In this document: piece by piece, positions 29,564 through 39,406 of the stretch
Position numbering within the stretch: position 1 is the stretch's first letter
Layout: each line of letters starts with the position of its first letter
NCBI GenBank assembly: GCA_965219445.1
Contig: CBDCNQ010000004.1
Coordinates: 1-64,000 of the forward strand
DNA length: 64,000 bases
Direction: 5' to 3'
Origin: Longimicrobiales bacterium
Lineage (GTDB): Bacteria; Gemmatimonadota; Gemmatimonadetes; Longimicrobiales; Gaopeijiaceae
Notes under the pieces: model-generated
The model's database searches: none
Told to the model about the DNA's origin: nothing
What the model saw: the letters and a program-made list of their open reading frames with translations, nothing else
Position numbers and translations under genes: made by a program

Positions 29564-31069
29564 TCATACGCCCTCGGCTACCCGGGTCCAGCGAGGTCCT
29601 CGCTGTTCGTCGGGCCAACCCAGGCCGTCCGAGCCGGGCTGCGGCAGGAGCTTGTGGCCCGCATCGTCCGGATGCTTCGGTGGCCCCTTCGGGCGCTCGA
29701 CGGCCGGCGTACGAGACATGAGCCAGCTGGTGATGCCGTCGTAGCCGTGATCGTCGGAGTCCGTCGCTACGTCCTCGCTGTTCTTATCGTCGAGCGGCAG
29801 AGCGGGCAGCGTGCGGATCAGATACTTACAGCTCGGGTGCACCTGCAGCTTCGGCAGCCCCCACGGGTAGACCTCGCCGTCGTCCGCTCGCTTGTACCTC
29901 AGGTAGTCGTGCAACATCTGCTTCTTGGTGTCGCGCGAGCCAGCACCCTTGGGCGGGTTGATGAAGGGCACGGGGAACTTCGAGACCGCCGCGTTCATGC
30001 CGGCCTGCAGCTTCTCCAGGATCGTCGGGCCGCCGTCGGCCACGGCCGGCGTATCGATCGCCGTCCATTCTGGCCGTGGATAGCGCATCAGCACCTGGCC
30101 CCACGTGTAGCCGACCGAGTAAGGGTCGGTCTCCTTGAACAGGTACTCGTGACGCACGAGGCTGCGCTCGGGGCCGCTCGCCATGAGGTACATGCAGCCC
30201 TGAGCCGTGTGGCCCCAGTCGCCGCCCGCGCTCCAGCGGTATTTGCCGCGGTCGGCACCGCGTTCGGGTTCGTATTCGGCTACGTGCACGTCACGGTTCC
30301 ACTCGGCGAAGGCCATGCCAACGAAGTGGTCCCAGTTGCCCTCGACCCATGCCTTGCGGAGGTTCTCGCCCAGCGTATTGAGCTCCTCCCAGTATTCCTT
30401 GGTCAGGTACGGGTTGTCCGTCGGCAGTGAGCGGATGAAGCAGAACTCATGAGCGAGCGGCGTCAGTCGTTCGTAGTCGCCCGTATAGTCTTGCTCGATC
30501 CACAGCGCCTTGACCCACAGGTGCCCGGCCGAGCCCGGATTCGTCGCGCCCCAGAAGAACGTGTCCGTGATCCTCGGCCAGCGCAGCGAGCCCCTGAGCG
30601 TGTCGAAGATCGAGATGTCGGCGCTCTTCGTCAGCTCCTCGACGGCGACGCCCGCGAACTCGGCCGACTGGTACTTCTCAGGCTTGTCGAGATTGCGGAG
30701 TAAGATGGCGCCGCCGCCGAAGCGCTCGTGCAGGTAGAAGCCAAGGCCCTCGTCCTTCGTGTCGGCGAGCCTGCCGAGCCACTCGGGGAACTCGGCTTTG
30801 ATCTTCGTCACCTGCCGGTCCTTGAGCGTCGGATAGTCCTCGCTGAACAATCCGACACGCACGCCTTTGTGGCCCGCAAGCGCCCACAGGATGAGACGAT
30901 AGAGTAGACCCCACCTCAGCAGCCGGCTCTTGCCGCCGCCGCGAGCTCCACCGTAGAGCATGTAGCGATGCTGCTTCGCCTCTTTCAGGAATTCGAGCTG
31001 GCGCGGGATCGGCTTGAACAGCGCCCAGAAGTCGAAGCCGCCGTCCTTCAAGGCCCTAGCGCTATTCAT
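29564..31069 (-). CDS. terL: Terminase large subunit
   Basis: GGARGGGKS Walker A, VEE Walker B, ATNPG, and DWG and DHGYD nuclease motifs. Confidence 0.93.
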   Translation of the reverse strand: MNSARALKDGGFDFWALFKPIPRQLEFLKEAKQHRYMLYGGARGGGKSRLLRWGLLYRLILWALAGHKGVRVGLFSEDYPTLKDRQVTKIKAEFPEWLGRLADTKDEGLGFYLHERFGGGAILLRNLDKPEKYQSAEFAGVAVEELTKSADISIFDTLRGSLRWPRITDTFFWGATNPGSAGHLWVKALWIEQDYTGDYERLTPLAHEFCFIRSLPTDNPYLTKEYWEELNTLGENLRKAWVEGNWDHFVGMAFAEWNRDVHVAEYEPERGADRGKYRWSAGGDWGHTAQGCMYLMASGPERSLVRHEYLFKETDPYSVGYTWGQVLMRYPRPEWTAIDTPAVADGGPTILEKLQAGMNAAVSKFPVPFINPPKGAGSRDTKKQMLHDYLRYKRADDGEVYPWGLPKLQVHPSCKYLIRTLPALPLDDKNSEDVATDSDDHGYDGITSWLMSRTPAVERPKGPPKHPDDAGHKLLPQPGSDGLGWPDEQRGPRWTRVAEGV

Positions 31070-31464
31070 TCCACCTCGACCTCGCTCAGGTCGCGCACGA
31101 TCAGGAACTTCACGTCGCCGCCGTCCGGCTGTGCGTAGGCTCCGTGCAGCTTCAGGATCTCCCTGGTCGCGTCCTTCGTGTCGAACTCCTCAACCGACTT
31201 GCCTGCTTTCGTGATGACCTTCGTGCTCACCCTACCACGAGCCATCTCGGCCATGCGCTCGGTCGCTTCCGCTGCGCTCATGCTGTATTGCTCCAGCCGC
31301 TCGGCGATCGCGTCTCGGATCTGAGGTTTTCTGAGGTTTTCGTAACCGATCGCGCTGGCCGATCTCTCACTGTAGCCGGCAGCGATGGCCGCCTGGGTCG
31401 CGTTGAGCCGTGAGGGTCCGCAATACTCCTCCACGAAGCGCTTACGCTTGCCGCTCATGGTCAT
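31066..31464 (-). CDS. terS: Terminase small subunit
   Basis: FVEEY...NATQAAIAAGYS...IGYENLRKP. Confidence 0.92.
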   Translation of the reverse strand: MTMSGKRKRFVEEYCGPSRLNATQAAIAAGYSERSASAIGYENLRKPQIRDAIAERLEQYSMSAAEATERMAEMARGRVSTKVITKAGKSVEEFDTKDATREILKLHGAYAQPDGGDVKFLIVRDLSEVEVE

Positions 31465-31534
31465 TCGGCTAGGTACCTCACCGCAAAGTGGGGGCCATAC
31501 GAAACTCTGGGATGAACGGCGGCCGTCTCATGAC

Positions 31535-31828
31535 TCACCCGCCTTCAGCGGACCTCCATGCGGGTCCCTTCTCGACTCCAATGACATCCCCATCCCTGAT
31601 GAACAGGAAATCCTCACCATCCACCGGCACCTCGTCGCCTGTGTACTTCCCGTAGAGCACCTCGTCGCCCACCCTGCACGACGTGACCGCGGGCCCGACG
31701 CCGAGAAGCTCACCCGTCTGGGGCTGCTCCCGTGCGGCTTCCGGGATGTGAAGCGCCACGGCGCCTCCACTCATGGCCGCCGCCACGGTAGGTCTGACCT
31801 GGATGCGGTCGTGCGTGGGCTCGATCAT
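31535..31828 (-). CDS. Phage-encoded GroES-like co-chaperonin
   Basis: IEPTHDRI...GELLGVGP...VGDEVLYGKYTG...DVIGV. Confidence 0.85.
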   Translation of the reverse strand: MIEPTHDRIQVRPTVAAAMSGGAVALHIPEAAREQPQTGELLGVGPAVTSCRVGDEVLYGKYTGDEVPVDGEDFLFIRDGDVIGVEKGPAWRSAEGG

Positions 31829-32166
31829 GTTCGTTGTTTCCTCACTTGGCGGCTCTCCGCCTCTAGTTCATGGAGTTGACAGCAGGATTTGCAGGCCATG
31901 ACGAAGCTGCGCGAGCGAGCCGCGTCCGAGTGCTCGATGAGCCGCACCAAGCGAACGGCGTACGGGAAGCGCGCGACGAACCCGCCGCACAGGTCTCCGT
32001 CGAACCGAGAGGGCTTGCGTGCTCCATAGCACCTCACAACAAAAAAGGCCGGCATTCCCGTCTCGGGATCTGCCGGCCGCTGGGCCATTTCCATCGATGT
32101 CTGTCCTAAAAAGTTACCCAACTCCGTGCAATAGGTTGCTGCAACGATTCCGGGGATCTGCGTCAT
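31825..32166 (-). CDS. Phage hypothetical protein, Cys-rich
   Basis: Coupled ORF; CxxC-like motif. Confidence 0.5.
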   Translation of the reverse strand: MTQIPGIVAATYCTELGNFLGQTSMEMAQRPADPETGMPAFFVVRCYGARKPSRFDGDLCGGFVARFPYAVRLVRLIEHSDAARSRSFVMACKSCCQLHELEAESRQVRKQRT

Positions 32167-32242
32167 TTATCCTGGCTCCTGCTCAGTGGCCCAACTGCGC
32201 TCCGCTATCTTCTGGCGAGCAATCAGATCACCCAACACGGGA

Positions 32243-32575
32243 TCAATGCCCGCTTTCATCCACGCCAGGTTCGATACCTGGGGGGTGTCTCCGATCGGCA
32301 TGGCCACGTCGCTGTCCAGCGCTCGAAAGCGGCTGACACGGAACGGAGCCGGTCCAGACGGGCCGCTCGTCGGGCCATCCGGCGAGCCGGAAGGCGTAGG
32401 ACCAACCGCCGATCCCGGCGAAGAAGTGGCACTGCGCGTAGCCTTCGAGCTCATCCGGCGCGACCTCCTCGATGCTCCGCTCGTCCACGTCGCCGGGCGC
32501 GATCAGCCCCTCGGCGATCAGGTTCCGCAACCACTCGGCGGCATACGGCTCGATCTCGTTGTAGTAGGCTCTCAC
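32243..32575 (-). pseudogene. C5-cytosine DNA methyltransferase, 3'-truncated
   Basis: AYYNEI...HFFAGIGGW...GSVPCQPLSSAG, then breaks off. Confidence 0.8.
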
Positions 32576-32670
32576 GCCGCTTCATGCCTCATCGCTCGCT
32601 CGGGGTGTGGGTGACAGAACATCAGCATTGGCAAGGCCGATGTGTGCCGTCTTCTTCTTGGGTGCCTCGC

Positions 32671-32889
32671 TCACGTCCCCCACGGGCCCTCCGTGTAGAA
32701 ATGCTTGATCAACCACAGGAGCAGGATCATCAGCGGGATGCCCACGAAATAGGGCTGCGCCTTGATCAGGTACCAGATGTGCGAGGACAGGGTGTCGTTC
32801 GCGCGTTCGTTGAACACGGCAACACCCTCGACGACGAGGAAGAAGGCGATCCACAGCGCCCAGAGCCAGGTGAAGGCGTTAACTGGCAT
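32671..32889 (-). CDS. Small 2-TM phage protein
   Basis: Hydrophobic ORF with DTLSSHIW motif. Confidence 0.55.
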   Translation of the reverse strand: MPVNAFTWLWALWIAFFLVVEGVAVFNERANDTLSSHIWYLIKAQPYFVGIPLMILLLWLIKHFYTEGPWGT

Positions 32890-33349
32890 TAGAGGTCTCC
32901 CAGCTCGGGCTACTGATTTCTTCTGGCTCACCGTGCCGCTCGACCAAGAAGCTTAGGTGATCGACGATCATCGAGTGGAACGGGTACTCCCGGCCTTGGT
33001 CGGTGTGCTCGTGGAAGCGCATCGAGTATCTCAAGAGCAGTCCGAGGCGCATCATTGTCTTGGCCGCGATAACCTGGTGGGCGAGCAGCCGGGTCCGGGT
33101 GATCAGGTCGTCTCCAGTCGGGGCGGGTGCCGTCTGCAGGTCCCGGATCACCGGATGATCTTTGAGATTTGCAGAGTACAGTCGTCCGGTGGTCGCACGC
33201 TCGCGCACGGCCTGGTATTGCCATCCGATGGCCGGCCACTCGAAGTCTTCGATGAACGCGAACGCCTCCTTGGCGAGCTTCCGATCGAAAAGCGCGAACC
33301 TCACGAGTTCGGTCGCGGCCTCTTCTGCGCTCTCCATCAGGTGGGCCAT
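32879..33349 (-). CDS. Phage hypothetical protein
   Basis: GAGGAG RBS; follows the helicase. Confidence 0.55.
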   Translation of the reverse strand: MAHLMESAEEAATELVRFALFDRKLAKEAFAFIEDFEWPAIGWQYQAVRERATTGRLYSANLKDHPVIRDLQTAPAPTGDDLITRTRLLAHQVIAAKTMMRLGLLLRYSMRFHEHTDQGREYPFHSMIVDHLSFLVERHGEPEEISSPSWETSNAS

Positions 33350-34257
33350 CGTGACTCCTCGTCGGGCGCTGCCTGGCGGACGCCATGGTGGCGATAGTTG
33401 AATTCGAGAGGCACGTCGATTCCCTGACGGCCGTGGCGGTTCTTTGCGATCATGAGCCATGTGCGCCGCACGTGATCTTCATCCTCTTCCCGAGTGTGAT
33501 CGAGCAGCCATACGAAGTGTGCGGCCCGCTCCAGCGCGGGACAGGAGTCGAGTCCCTCAGCACGGGGCCGAACCTTAGGGAGAGCATTTCCGCGGTTCAG
33601 CTGGCTCGCCACGATGAGCAGCGACTTCGTGGCCTTGACGAACAGTTGCAGTTCTTTGACCGCATCTTGGAGCTCGGCGAACTTCCGGGCGTCGCTACTC
33701 GCTGAGAGGATTTGGAAGTAATCGAGGCAAAACACTCGTACGTCGTGAGTGGCATGGAGCTCGTACATCCATGCGAGAGCCGCCGCCGCATCTGGGATGT
33801 CGTCCGTGTGCTCGTTCGAGAAGAAGCGCCCGAGTGTGCCCGACTCTCGGCCAGAGCGGATGGCCTCGGCTGTGGCTGCCGCTTTGCTGGCGTCGTAGTG
33901 TCGGCCGGCCGTGATGAACCTCTGAGGGACCTGCGTGATGATCGAGTCGATTGAAGGCGACGCTTCTTCGGCGTCGATTTCGAGTGTGAGGAAGCCGACT
34001 GCGACGCCCTGCATCACGATGTCCGCAGCCAGGTTCCAGAGCACTCGCGTCTTGTTGGAGCCGGTCCTGCCACCGACCACCGCCAGGCGTCCCAGCGGGA
34101 TGTTGCCGGGCGTGATCGACGTCACGCTGTCGCCGAGGTCCGGGATGAAAGAGGCGCAGACATAATCACGGCCGTGGTGCCTGCCCTCGCCGGCGGCAAT
34201 CTTTCGCTTCTCCTGCCAAAATGGGGAGAGCAGGTCCAAGAATCCGAGTTCAGTCAT
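33337..34257 (-). CDS. DnaB-like helicase domain protein
   Basis: GGRTGSNKT, LDYFQIL, SQLNR and IAKNRHG motifs. Confidence 0.85.
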   Translation of the reverse strand: MTELGFLDLLSPFWQEKRKIAAGEGRHHGRDYVCASFIPDLGDSVTSITPGNIPLGRLAVVGGRTGSNKTRVLWNLAADIVMQGVAVGFLTLEIDAEEASPSIDSIITQVPQRFITAGRHYDASKAAATAEAIRSGRESGTLGRFFSNEHTDDIPDAAAALAWMYELHATHDVRVFCLDYFQILSASSDARKFAELQDAVKELQLFVKATKSLLIVASQLNRGNALPKVRPRAEGLDSCPALERAAHFVWLLDHTREEDEDHVRRTWLMIAKNRHGRQGIDVPLEFNYRHHGVRQAAPDEESRWPT

Positions 34258-35033
34258 CGGCGGGCGTTCGCTCGCATCGCTTCCAGATGGGCGGTTTGGG
34301 ATGGGCTGTGAGGGAGCGTGTTGTTGGGGTTGGGTTGAGATGCTCTTGCACTGGCGGACCCACCGAACTCGGACGCCTTGCTCAGCCACAAGCGGAACGA
34401 CGCGTCCCAGTCGAGTTGAGTCCGGCCGTTCGCCTGGGCGTGCAATCGGAATCGTTCGGCCTCGCTCTCCACGTCGACTCCGAGCTCCGACGCCTTCGTG
34501 GCGTGCGTCTCAGACGGCCCCCAATCGTCTGGCAATCGCCTTTTTCTTTTGGCCCCCCGATAGGGGGGGTTTTCTTTAGCAGTAACAGCAGAAGCAGAAG
34601 CAGAAGAAGAAAGCGCGCGCGAGCTAGATTCTGCCACTGGCAAAACTGTGGCTGTGCCAGCTTTCTCTTTTGTTTTCGCGGATTCTGACGTGTCTCCATG
34701 TCGTGCCGCTGCGCCCTTTTTTCCGGCGTTTGACTTCTGTTTGTGATGTAAGTCTTGTTTCCGACGTTCCGCAGCAAGCCTCGGATGGATGAGCCGGGTA
34801 CCCTTTCGGTTCGGTTTGAAGCACGGTTTGATGGCCGGCCAGAGCTTCGCGAACCGTGCCTTGGAGATGCGGCACAGCTTCGCCAATTGCGCCATGTCAT
34901 TCGGAAGACCTGTGTGCAGCCACTCGTAGTCCATCAGTCTCCGGTATGCGCCTTGTGTTTCGAGTGACATCAGCTCGACGTTTTCGTCCGTCAGGAAGTC
35001 CTTCGGGTACCACTGGAACGAGGGTCGCTTCAT
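34254..35033 (-). CDS. Replication initiator (DUF1376/YdaU-like)
   Basis: PSFQWYPKDFLTD...GAYRRLM; C-terminal DWDASFRLWL. Confidence 0.8.
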   Translation of the reverse strand: MKRPSFQWYPKDFLTDENVELMSLETQGAYRRLMDYEWLHTGLPNDMAQLAKLCRISKARFAKLWPAIKPCFKPNRKGTRLIHPRLAAERRKQDLHHKQKSNAGKKGAAARHGDTSESAKTKEKAGTATVLPVAESSSRALSSSASASAVTAKENPPYRGAKRKRRLPDDWGPSETHATKASELGVDVESEAERFRLHAQANGRTQLDWDASFRLWLSKASEFGGSASARASQPNPNNTLPHSPSQTAHLEAMRANARR

Positions 35034-35109
35034 GGCCTCCCCCTCAGCGGCCCGTGGGATTGAAGGGTGTTTCGCTCGCCTTCGAGCCTGGCGTCTCGGT
35101 AGGTCTGCA

Positions 35110-35370
35110 TCAGCCCCGGACTCCGCGGATCTTTACCATCCGGCTTGCTTTGCGCCGCCGCAGGGGCCCCTCCGGCTCCTGCCACTCGCCACTTTCCAGA
35201 AGATCCAGCGCCCGCCTGGCGATCGCCTCGAAATGCCTGGTACGGTGTCCGAGATCCCGCATCGCTTCTAGCCGCTCCATCAGCTCGCCATACGTCCCAT
35301 GCGGACAGCCCGTCAGGAGCCGCCGCGCTATACGCTCTAGCTCGCGTGGCACCAGAGGCTGATGGCTCAT
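35110..35370 (-). CDS. Phage hypothetical protein (3' end uncertain)
   Basis: Coupled ORF. Confidence 0.4.
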   Translation of the reverse strand: MSHQPLVPRELERIARRLLTGCPHGTYGELMERLEAMRDLGHRTRHFEAIARRALDLLESGEWQEPEGPLRRRKASRMVKIRGVRG

Positions 35371-35880
35371 TCACTCGCTCCCCTTCGGCAGCAACCGTAG
35401 CGCACCGCTTCCGGGTTGCAGCGACATCCGACGTGCCACCAGCTCGGCCATCGTGACCACCTCGTCGGATTCATCGTCCCACACTTCCACGTTCGCCATG
35501 AACGCGCCCGCGATGTCGAACAGGCCCGTCTCCACGGCGAGCAGCGACTGCTCTACGAAGTCCCGCAGCTGACGCCACGCGATCCGGTAGGCCAGTTTCT
35601 GCTCGACCCAGGCCCGGTATTGCTCCTCGGTTCTTCTCATCTGGGGGGAGTAGGGCTTCTTCTCCCGGATGATCTCGGCCACTCTCTCCACTCGCGCCTC
35701 CAGGCGAACCGGCACCTCCCCGTGTTCGGTCTGGATCGCGAAGCGGACACCCCGCAGGCCGTGATTTCCCCACATCATCTCGAAGCGAGTTCCCCCATAC
35801 GCTCTGACGAGCTGCATGATCTCCGCCGCGCTCTGCTCGGGCTCGACCGTCGTGGACTCGTACTTGATCGCCTGGCTCAT
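35371..35880 (-). CDS. Phage hypothetical protein
   Basis: AYRIAWRQLRDFVEQSL; coupled ORF. Confidence 0.65.
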   Translation of the reverse strand: MSQAIKYESTTVEPEQSAAEIMQLVRAYGGTRFEMMWGNHGLRGVRFAIQTEHGEVPVRLEARVERVAEIIREKKPYSPQMRRTEEQYRAWVEQKLAYRIAWRQLRDFVEQSLLAVETGLFDIAGAFMANVEVWDDESDEVVTMAELVARRMSLQPGSGALRLLPKGSE

Positions 35881-35884
35881 GCGC

Positions 35885-36316
35885 TCACCCCACGAAGTAC
35901 CGGGCGCTCTTCGTGAGCAGGAACAGCTTCTCGTGCGCCGATGTTGGCCGGTCCCGCACGCTCTCCGGCATCGGGTTCGACTTGTGCCACACGATCTCGC
36001 TGCGCAGCCACCAGCCGTCCGCCTGGAGCGCCAAGGCGACGCGGGCGGGCATCATGAGGAGTTGCTTGGCCCGATAGGCATCCCCGTAGTTCAGCCACAG
36101 CATGCCGTCAGATCGCAGCACCCGGCGTACTTCGCGGAACACGCGCACCAGAGCATCGATGTGTTCCTGCAACGTCCGCTCCAGCCCGATAGCGCCCGCG
36201 ACCCCGTAGTCACGGAGGCCCCAGTACGGCGGGCTTGTCACGACGCAGTGGACGGACTCTTCCGGGAGGGTTCGCAGCCGCTCTAGGCAGTCGCCCACGA
36301 GGATCTGGACGCTCAC
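35885..36316 (-). pseudogene. N6/N4 DNA methyltransferase, 3'-truncated
   Basis: GDCLERL...VTSPPYWGLRDYG...HEKLFLLTKS; the SAM-binding half is absent. Confidence 0.8.
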
Positions 36317-36699
36317 CCGAACCTCCCCCGCGCCAGGAAGTGAGTGAGCAGCCACACGCACAGCCCGCCCACGAGGCACAACCGGGCCGCGTCGTGCCCC
36401 CACACGGTGACGGGGACGCCCCCGAAGCCGAGCAGACGGAACCCGATCCAGCCGACCCATCCGAGGATGAGCGTGACCCGTGCAGGCTGCCCGGAGAAAA
36501 ACACCCAAACCAGTTCGGACCAGGTGTCGCCCTTGGCCCCGCGCTTGATGGCCAGCCCTTCGCCGAGGGCGAACCATGCCAGCGCGACCGCCCAGAGCCA
36601 CCCGATGCCGAGCAGTTCAGCCGCCAGCGTTACGCCGATCCAGCCCGCCCATGCTGCCGCGTAGCGCACGCTGTATCCGGTCGTGGGCTTCTCGGTCAT
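36313..36699 (-). CDS. Phage membrane protein
   Basis: Multi-TM with GDTWSELVW motif. Confidence 0.6.
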   Translation of the reverse strand: MTEKPTTGYSVRYAAAWAGWIGVTLAAELLGIGWLWAVALAWFALGEGLAIKRGAKGDTWSELVWVFFSGQPARVTLILGWVGWIGFRLLGFGGVPVTVWGHDAARLCLVGGLCVWLLTHFLARGRFG

Positions 36700-36905
36700 G
36701 GCGCTTCTCCGACGTTTTCCGCCTTGGCGATGGCGGCACAGAGGTTGTCACGCACCCTCTGGGTTTCGTACAGGTGCCGCCGTTTGTACTCGGGATGGCC
36801 TTCGAGCTGCGCTCGGATCGACACGTCGACCTTAGCACGCCCAATCAGCGGAGGCTCGCCCGTTCTCATAGGCGGTACCATCCGATACTTCGGCGACTTG
36901 CTCAT
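36696..36905 (-). CDS. Phage hypothetical protein
   Basis: Coupled ORF. Confidence 0.5.
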   Translation of the reverse strand: MSKSPKYRMVPPMRTGEPPLIGRAKVDVSIRAQLEGHPEYKRRHLYETQRVRDNLCAAIAKAENVGEAP

Positions 36906-37195
36906 GCCGAACCTTGCGCCGAGGTGCGCTCGCCTGTGGGCTGCCTCATGCGCCCACCCCCCGCTGGCTCCTTAGCCACCAGGCGCCCGCGTCGTCGAAG
37001 ATCCGGTCTATGAGCTCGCGGAAGAGGTCCGGGGCGGACCTACGCCAATGTGGGGCGTTGTGAAAACCGTTGACAAAGGTACCTACTTTCGGGCGCGCTT
37101 CGGGCCTGGAACGACGGGGGTCGGGGGGTTCGGGCTCGCTGTGTTCGCCCGCCGTTATTGGCTTTTTCGGTCGTTTTGGGCTTTTCGGCTCGTAA

Positions 37196-37209
37196 CTTCC
37201 AGTTCGGGG
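37196..37209 (+). repeat. attR core CTTCCAGTTCGGGG
   Basis: Identical to 11103-11116. Confidence 0.9.
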
Positions 37210-38792
37210 TCTTCTTCGAGAAGGATCTGGAGATCACCAACGGACCGCGTATGGACTTCGACGGTTGGGTACACTCGAACGGCAATATCTACCTGAACTC
37301 GGCGAACCAGTATTTCGGGGACTTGATCACCACGCCGAACGACGTGTATAAGGACCGTAAGGACGAGCATGACATCGACACCGGCATGTATATCGCCGAC
37401 GCGTCGGCCAACTACGTCCAGCTCGACTTCGACAGCCGTGACACCCCGGATCCCAACGCGTTCCGCACGAAGAGCGACGCCAGCTTCGACAACCGGCTCA
37501 AGACGAACGCCTATGGCGTCGATTCGCTGAGGGTGCCGCTGCCCGATGGCATGGACGCGATCGCGGTCATGCAGCCGCGACTCGGCGCTGATGGCGCGCT
37601 CGAGAAGCAAGCGAAGTTCTCCTGGAAGGCGGACTGGTACATCGAGGTGGACATGGGCGTCGTCAGCGAGAACAGCGTGATGACGTTCGGCCGGCTTCTC
37701 GCGTCTCTTCAGAGCTACATCGACGCCTATGAGCAGCAAGATGAGGAGGAGATCGCCGAAAAGTTAGGACAAGCCCTCTTGAAGGCCACCGACGCCTTCA
37801 ACAAGTACTTGATTCCGGACGCATCCGCTGCCGTCTCCGACCTGGACGGAGCCAAAGGCGAGGTCGACGCTGCTCAAGCTGAGGGACTGCCAGGACCGGA
37901 AGCGGCAGACCTGCGCTCCCAGATCAACCAGCTTAGAGCGGTAATCCTGTCGGGAGGCAACGCCAACGCCGGCGGCAACGGCAACGGCACCCTGTGCAGC
38001 GTCGGTATGACGCACACACGGTCCGCCGGATTGAATAGTCCGAGCACCGCCCAGTGTGGCGACATCTTCTCCTTCACCGCCGACAAGTGGTACGAAGGTC
38101 GCGAGCAGCGCTATGTCGACATCATCGACATCGACGTGGCCAGCCTGCACAACTGGACGGGGGGCAACGCCAACCGGGCGACATCGCTCATGTACGTCAC
38201 GATAACAAACACGAACGGTGCCATGGATCCGGCCGGTGATGGCATCTATCCCGTAGTCCGCCTCATCAACGCGAACAAGCTCCTCGGCCCCATGAGCTTC
38301 TCCACGAATCACCCGCTGTACACCCAGGGCAACTACAACACGGACCCCCTTTGGTATCCTTCGGCGCTCGTCGCGGACGCGATCACGTTTCTCTCGACGG
38401 TCTGGGACGACGCACAGCACCTCGACCCGGTGCAGATCCGGCCGGTAGCGGCGGACACGGACATATACGCGGCCATCATGGCCGGCCACTCCGAAACGCC
38501 GTGTGACCACGAGGTTGCTGGATGCGGCATCACGAGCCCGTACGGCGGCGGACTGGAGAACTTTCCCCGCTTCCTCGAGGATTGGAACCCGGAGATTCTA
38601 TTGTTCCGGGGCTCGCTCGTGTCGCTGTCCTTCGCGCAACAGGCGACCGGCCTATGGGGGAATGGTCCCTACTACAGGCCACCGGTCCGTGACTGGGAGT
38701 TCGACACGCGCTTCGACCAGCCCGAGAACATGCCGCCCGGAACGCCCGTGGTGGGTAATGTGATCCACACGGCCTTCCGGCCCGTCTTCTAG
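37197..38792 (+). CDS. PilX-like protein, 3' part (in frame with 10639-11116 after excision)
   Basis: FQFGVFFEKDLEI...GWVHSNGNIY; C-terminal GGLENFPRFLEDW...MPPGTP; followed by minor pilin genes. Confidence 0.85.
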   Translation, partial: FQFGVFFEKDLEITNGPRMDFDGWVHSNGNIYLNSANQYFGDLITTPNDVYKDRKDEHDIDTGMYIADASANYVQLDFDSRDTPDPNAFRTKSDASFDNRLKTNAYGVDSLRVPLPDGMDAIAVMQPRLGADGALEKQAKFSWKADWYIEVDMGVVSENSVMTFGRLLASLQSYIDAYEQQDEEEIAEKLGQALLKATDAFNKYLIPDASAAVSDLDGAKGEVDAAQAEGLPGPEAADLRSQINQLRAVILSGGNANAGGNGNGTLCSVGMTHTRSAGLNSPSTAQCGDIFSFTADKWYEGREQRYVDIIDIDVASLHNWTGGNANRATSLMYVTITNTNGAMDPAGDGIYPVVRLINANKLLGPMSFSTNHPLYTQGNYNTDPLWYPSALVADAITFLSTVWDDAQHLDPVQIRPVAADTDIYAAIMAGHSETPCDHEVAGCGITSPYGGGLENFPRFLEDWNPEILLFRGSLVSLSFAQQATGLWGNGPYYRPPVRDWEFDTRFDQPENMPPGTPVVGNVIHTAFRPVF

Positions 38793-38803
38793 AGGACCAC
38801 GGA

Positions 38804-39406
38804 ATGCTCCCGATAATGCACGGCAACGGCGTGCGGCCGCTCCGAGGCAAGGACGGCTTCACGGTCGTCGAGCTGGTCATCGTGATGTCCATACTGGTGA
38901 TCATGGTCGGAATCGTGGCACCGCGCCTGCAGGTAAGCGCTTCGCGCAGGGTCGAGGGCATGGCCCACCAAATGGCGGCCCACCTAGAGATGGCTCGGAG
39001 CAACGCTCTGGGTAAGCGCTTCATTACACAGATCGTCTTCGACGAGGGTGCCCGCACCTACACGGCATATGTGGACCACGACCGGGACGGCAACATCACG
39101 CAGCACGTCAGCAACGTGGAGGTGATTGCATTCCCGGAGTTCGGGGAGCGCGAGCTCGAGATGTTCGTCAATTTCGGTCAGGGAAACGCCTCGCCCGTTC
39201 CAGGCGACCCGTCGCTGGACGCAGTAACGCTCACGGACGCCACGCTCGACCTGAGCATTCAGGGTGTGCCCGAACCGTGGGGGACCATGGGAACCGTGTA
39301 TCTCGTCCACCGCGAAGACAAAGATGCGGTCATGGCGATCTCCATCGCGTCCTCGGGCTCCTTCAAGGTCTGGCGCTGGTCGCCGGGCGGAAATGAATGG
39401 CGATGA
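38804..39406 (+). CDS. FimT/GspH-like minor pilin
   Basis: G|FTVVEL prepilin motif. Confidence 0.85.
   Translation: MLPIMHGNGVRPLRGKDGFTVVELVIVMSILVIMVGIVAPRLQVSASRRVEGMAHQMAAHLEMARSNALGKRFITQIVFDEGARTYTAYVDHDRDGNITQHVSNVEVIAFPEFGERELEMFVNFGQGNASPVPGDPSLDAVTLTDATLDLSIQGVPEPWGTMGTVYLVHREDKDAVMAISIASSGSFKVWRWSPGGNEWR

Larger units (their letters stand above)
11103..37209. mobile_element. Degenerate prophage integrated in the pilX-like gene (26,093 bp between cores)
   Basis: 14-bp direct repeats; integrase, excisionase, replication, terminase and lysis genes; no recognisable portal, capsid or repressor. Confidence 0.92.

Noticed and set aside
37158..37196. Prophage-supplied replacement N-terminus for pilX
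   Set aside because: TTG start without an RBS, no prepilin leader, and the TTGACA at ~37070 has no properly spaced -10.
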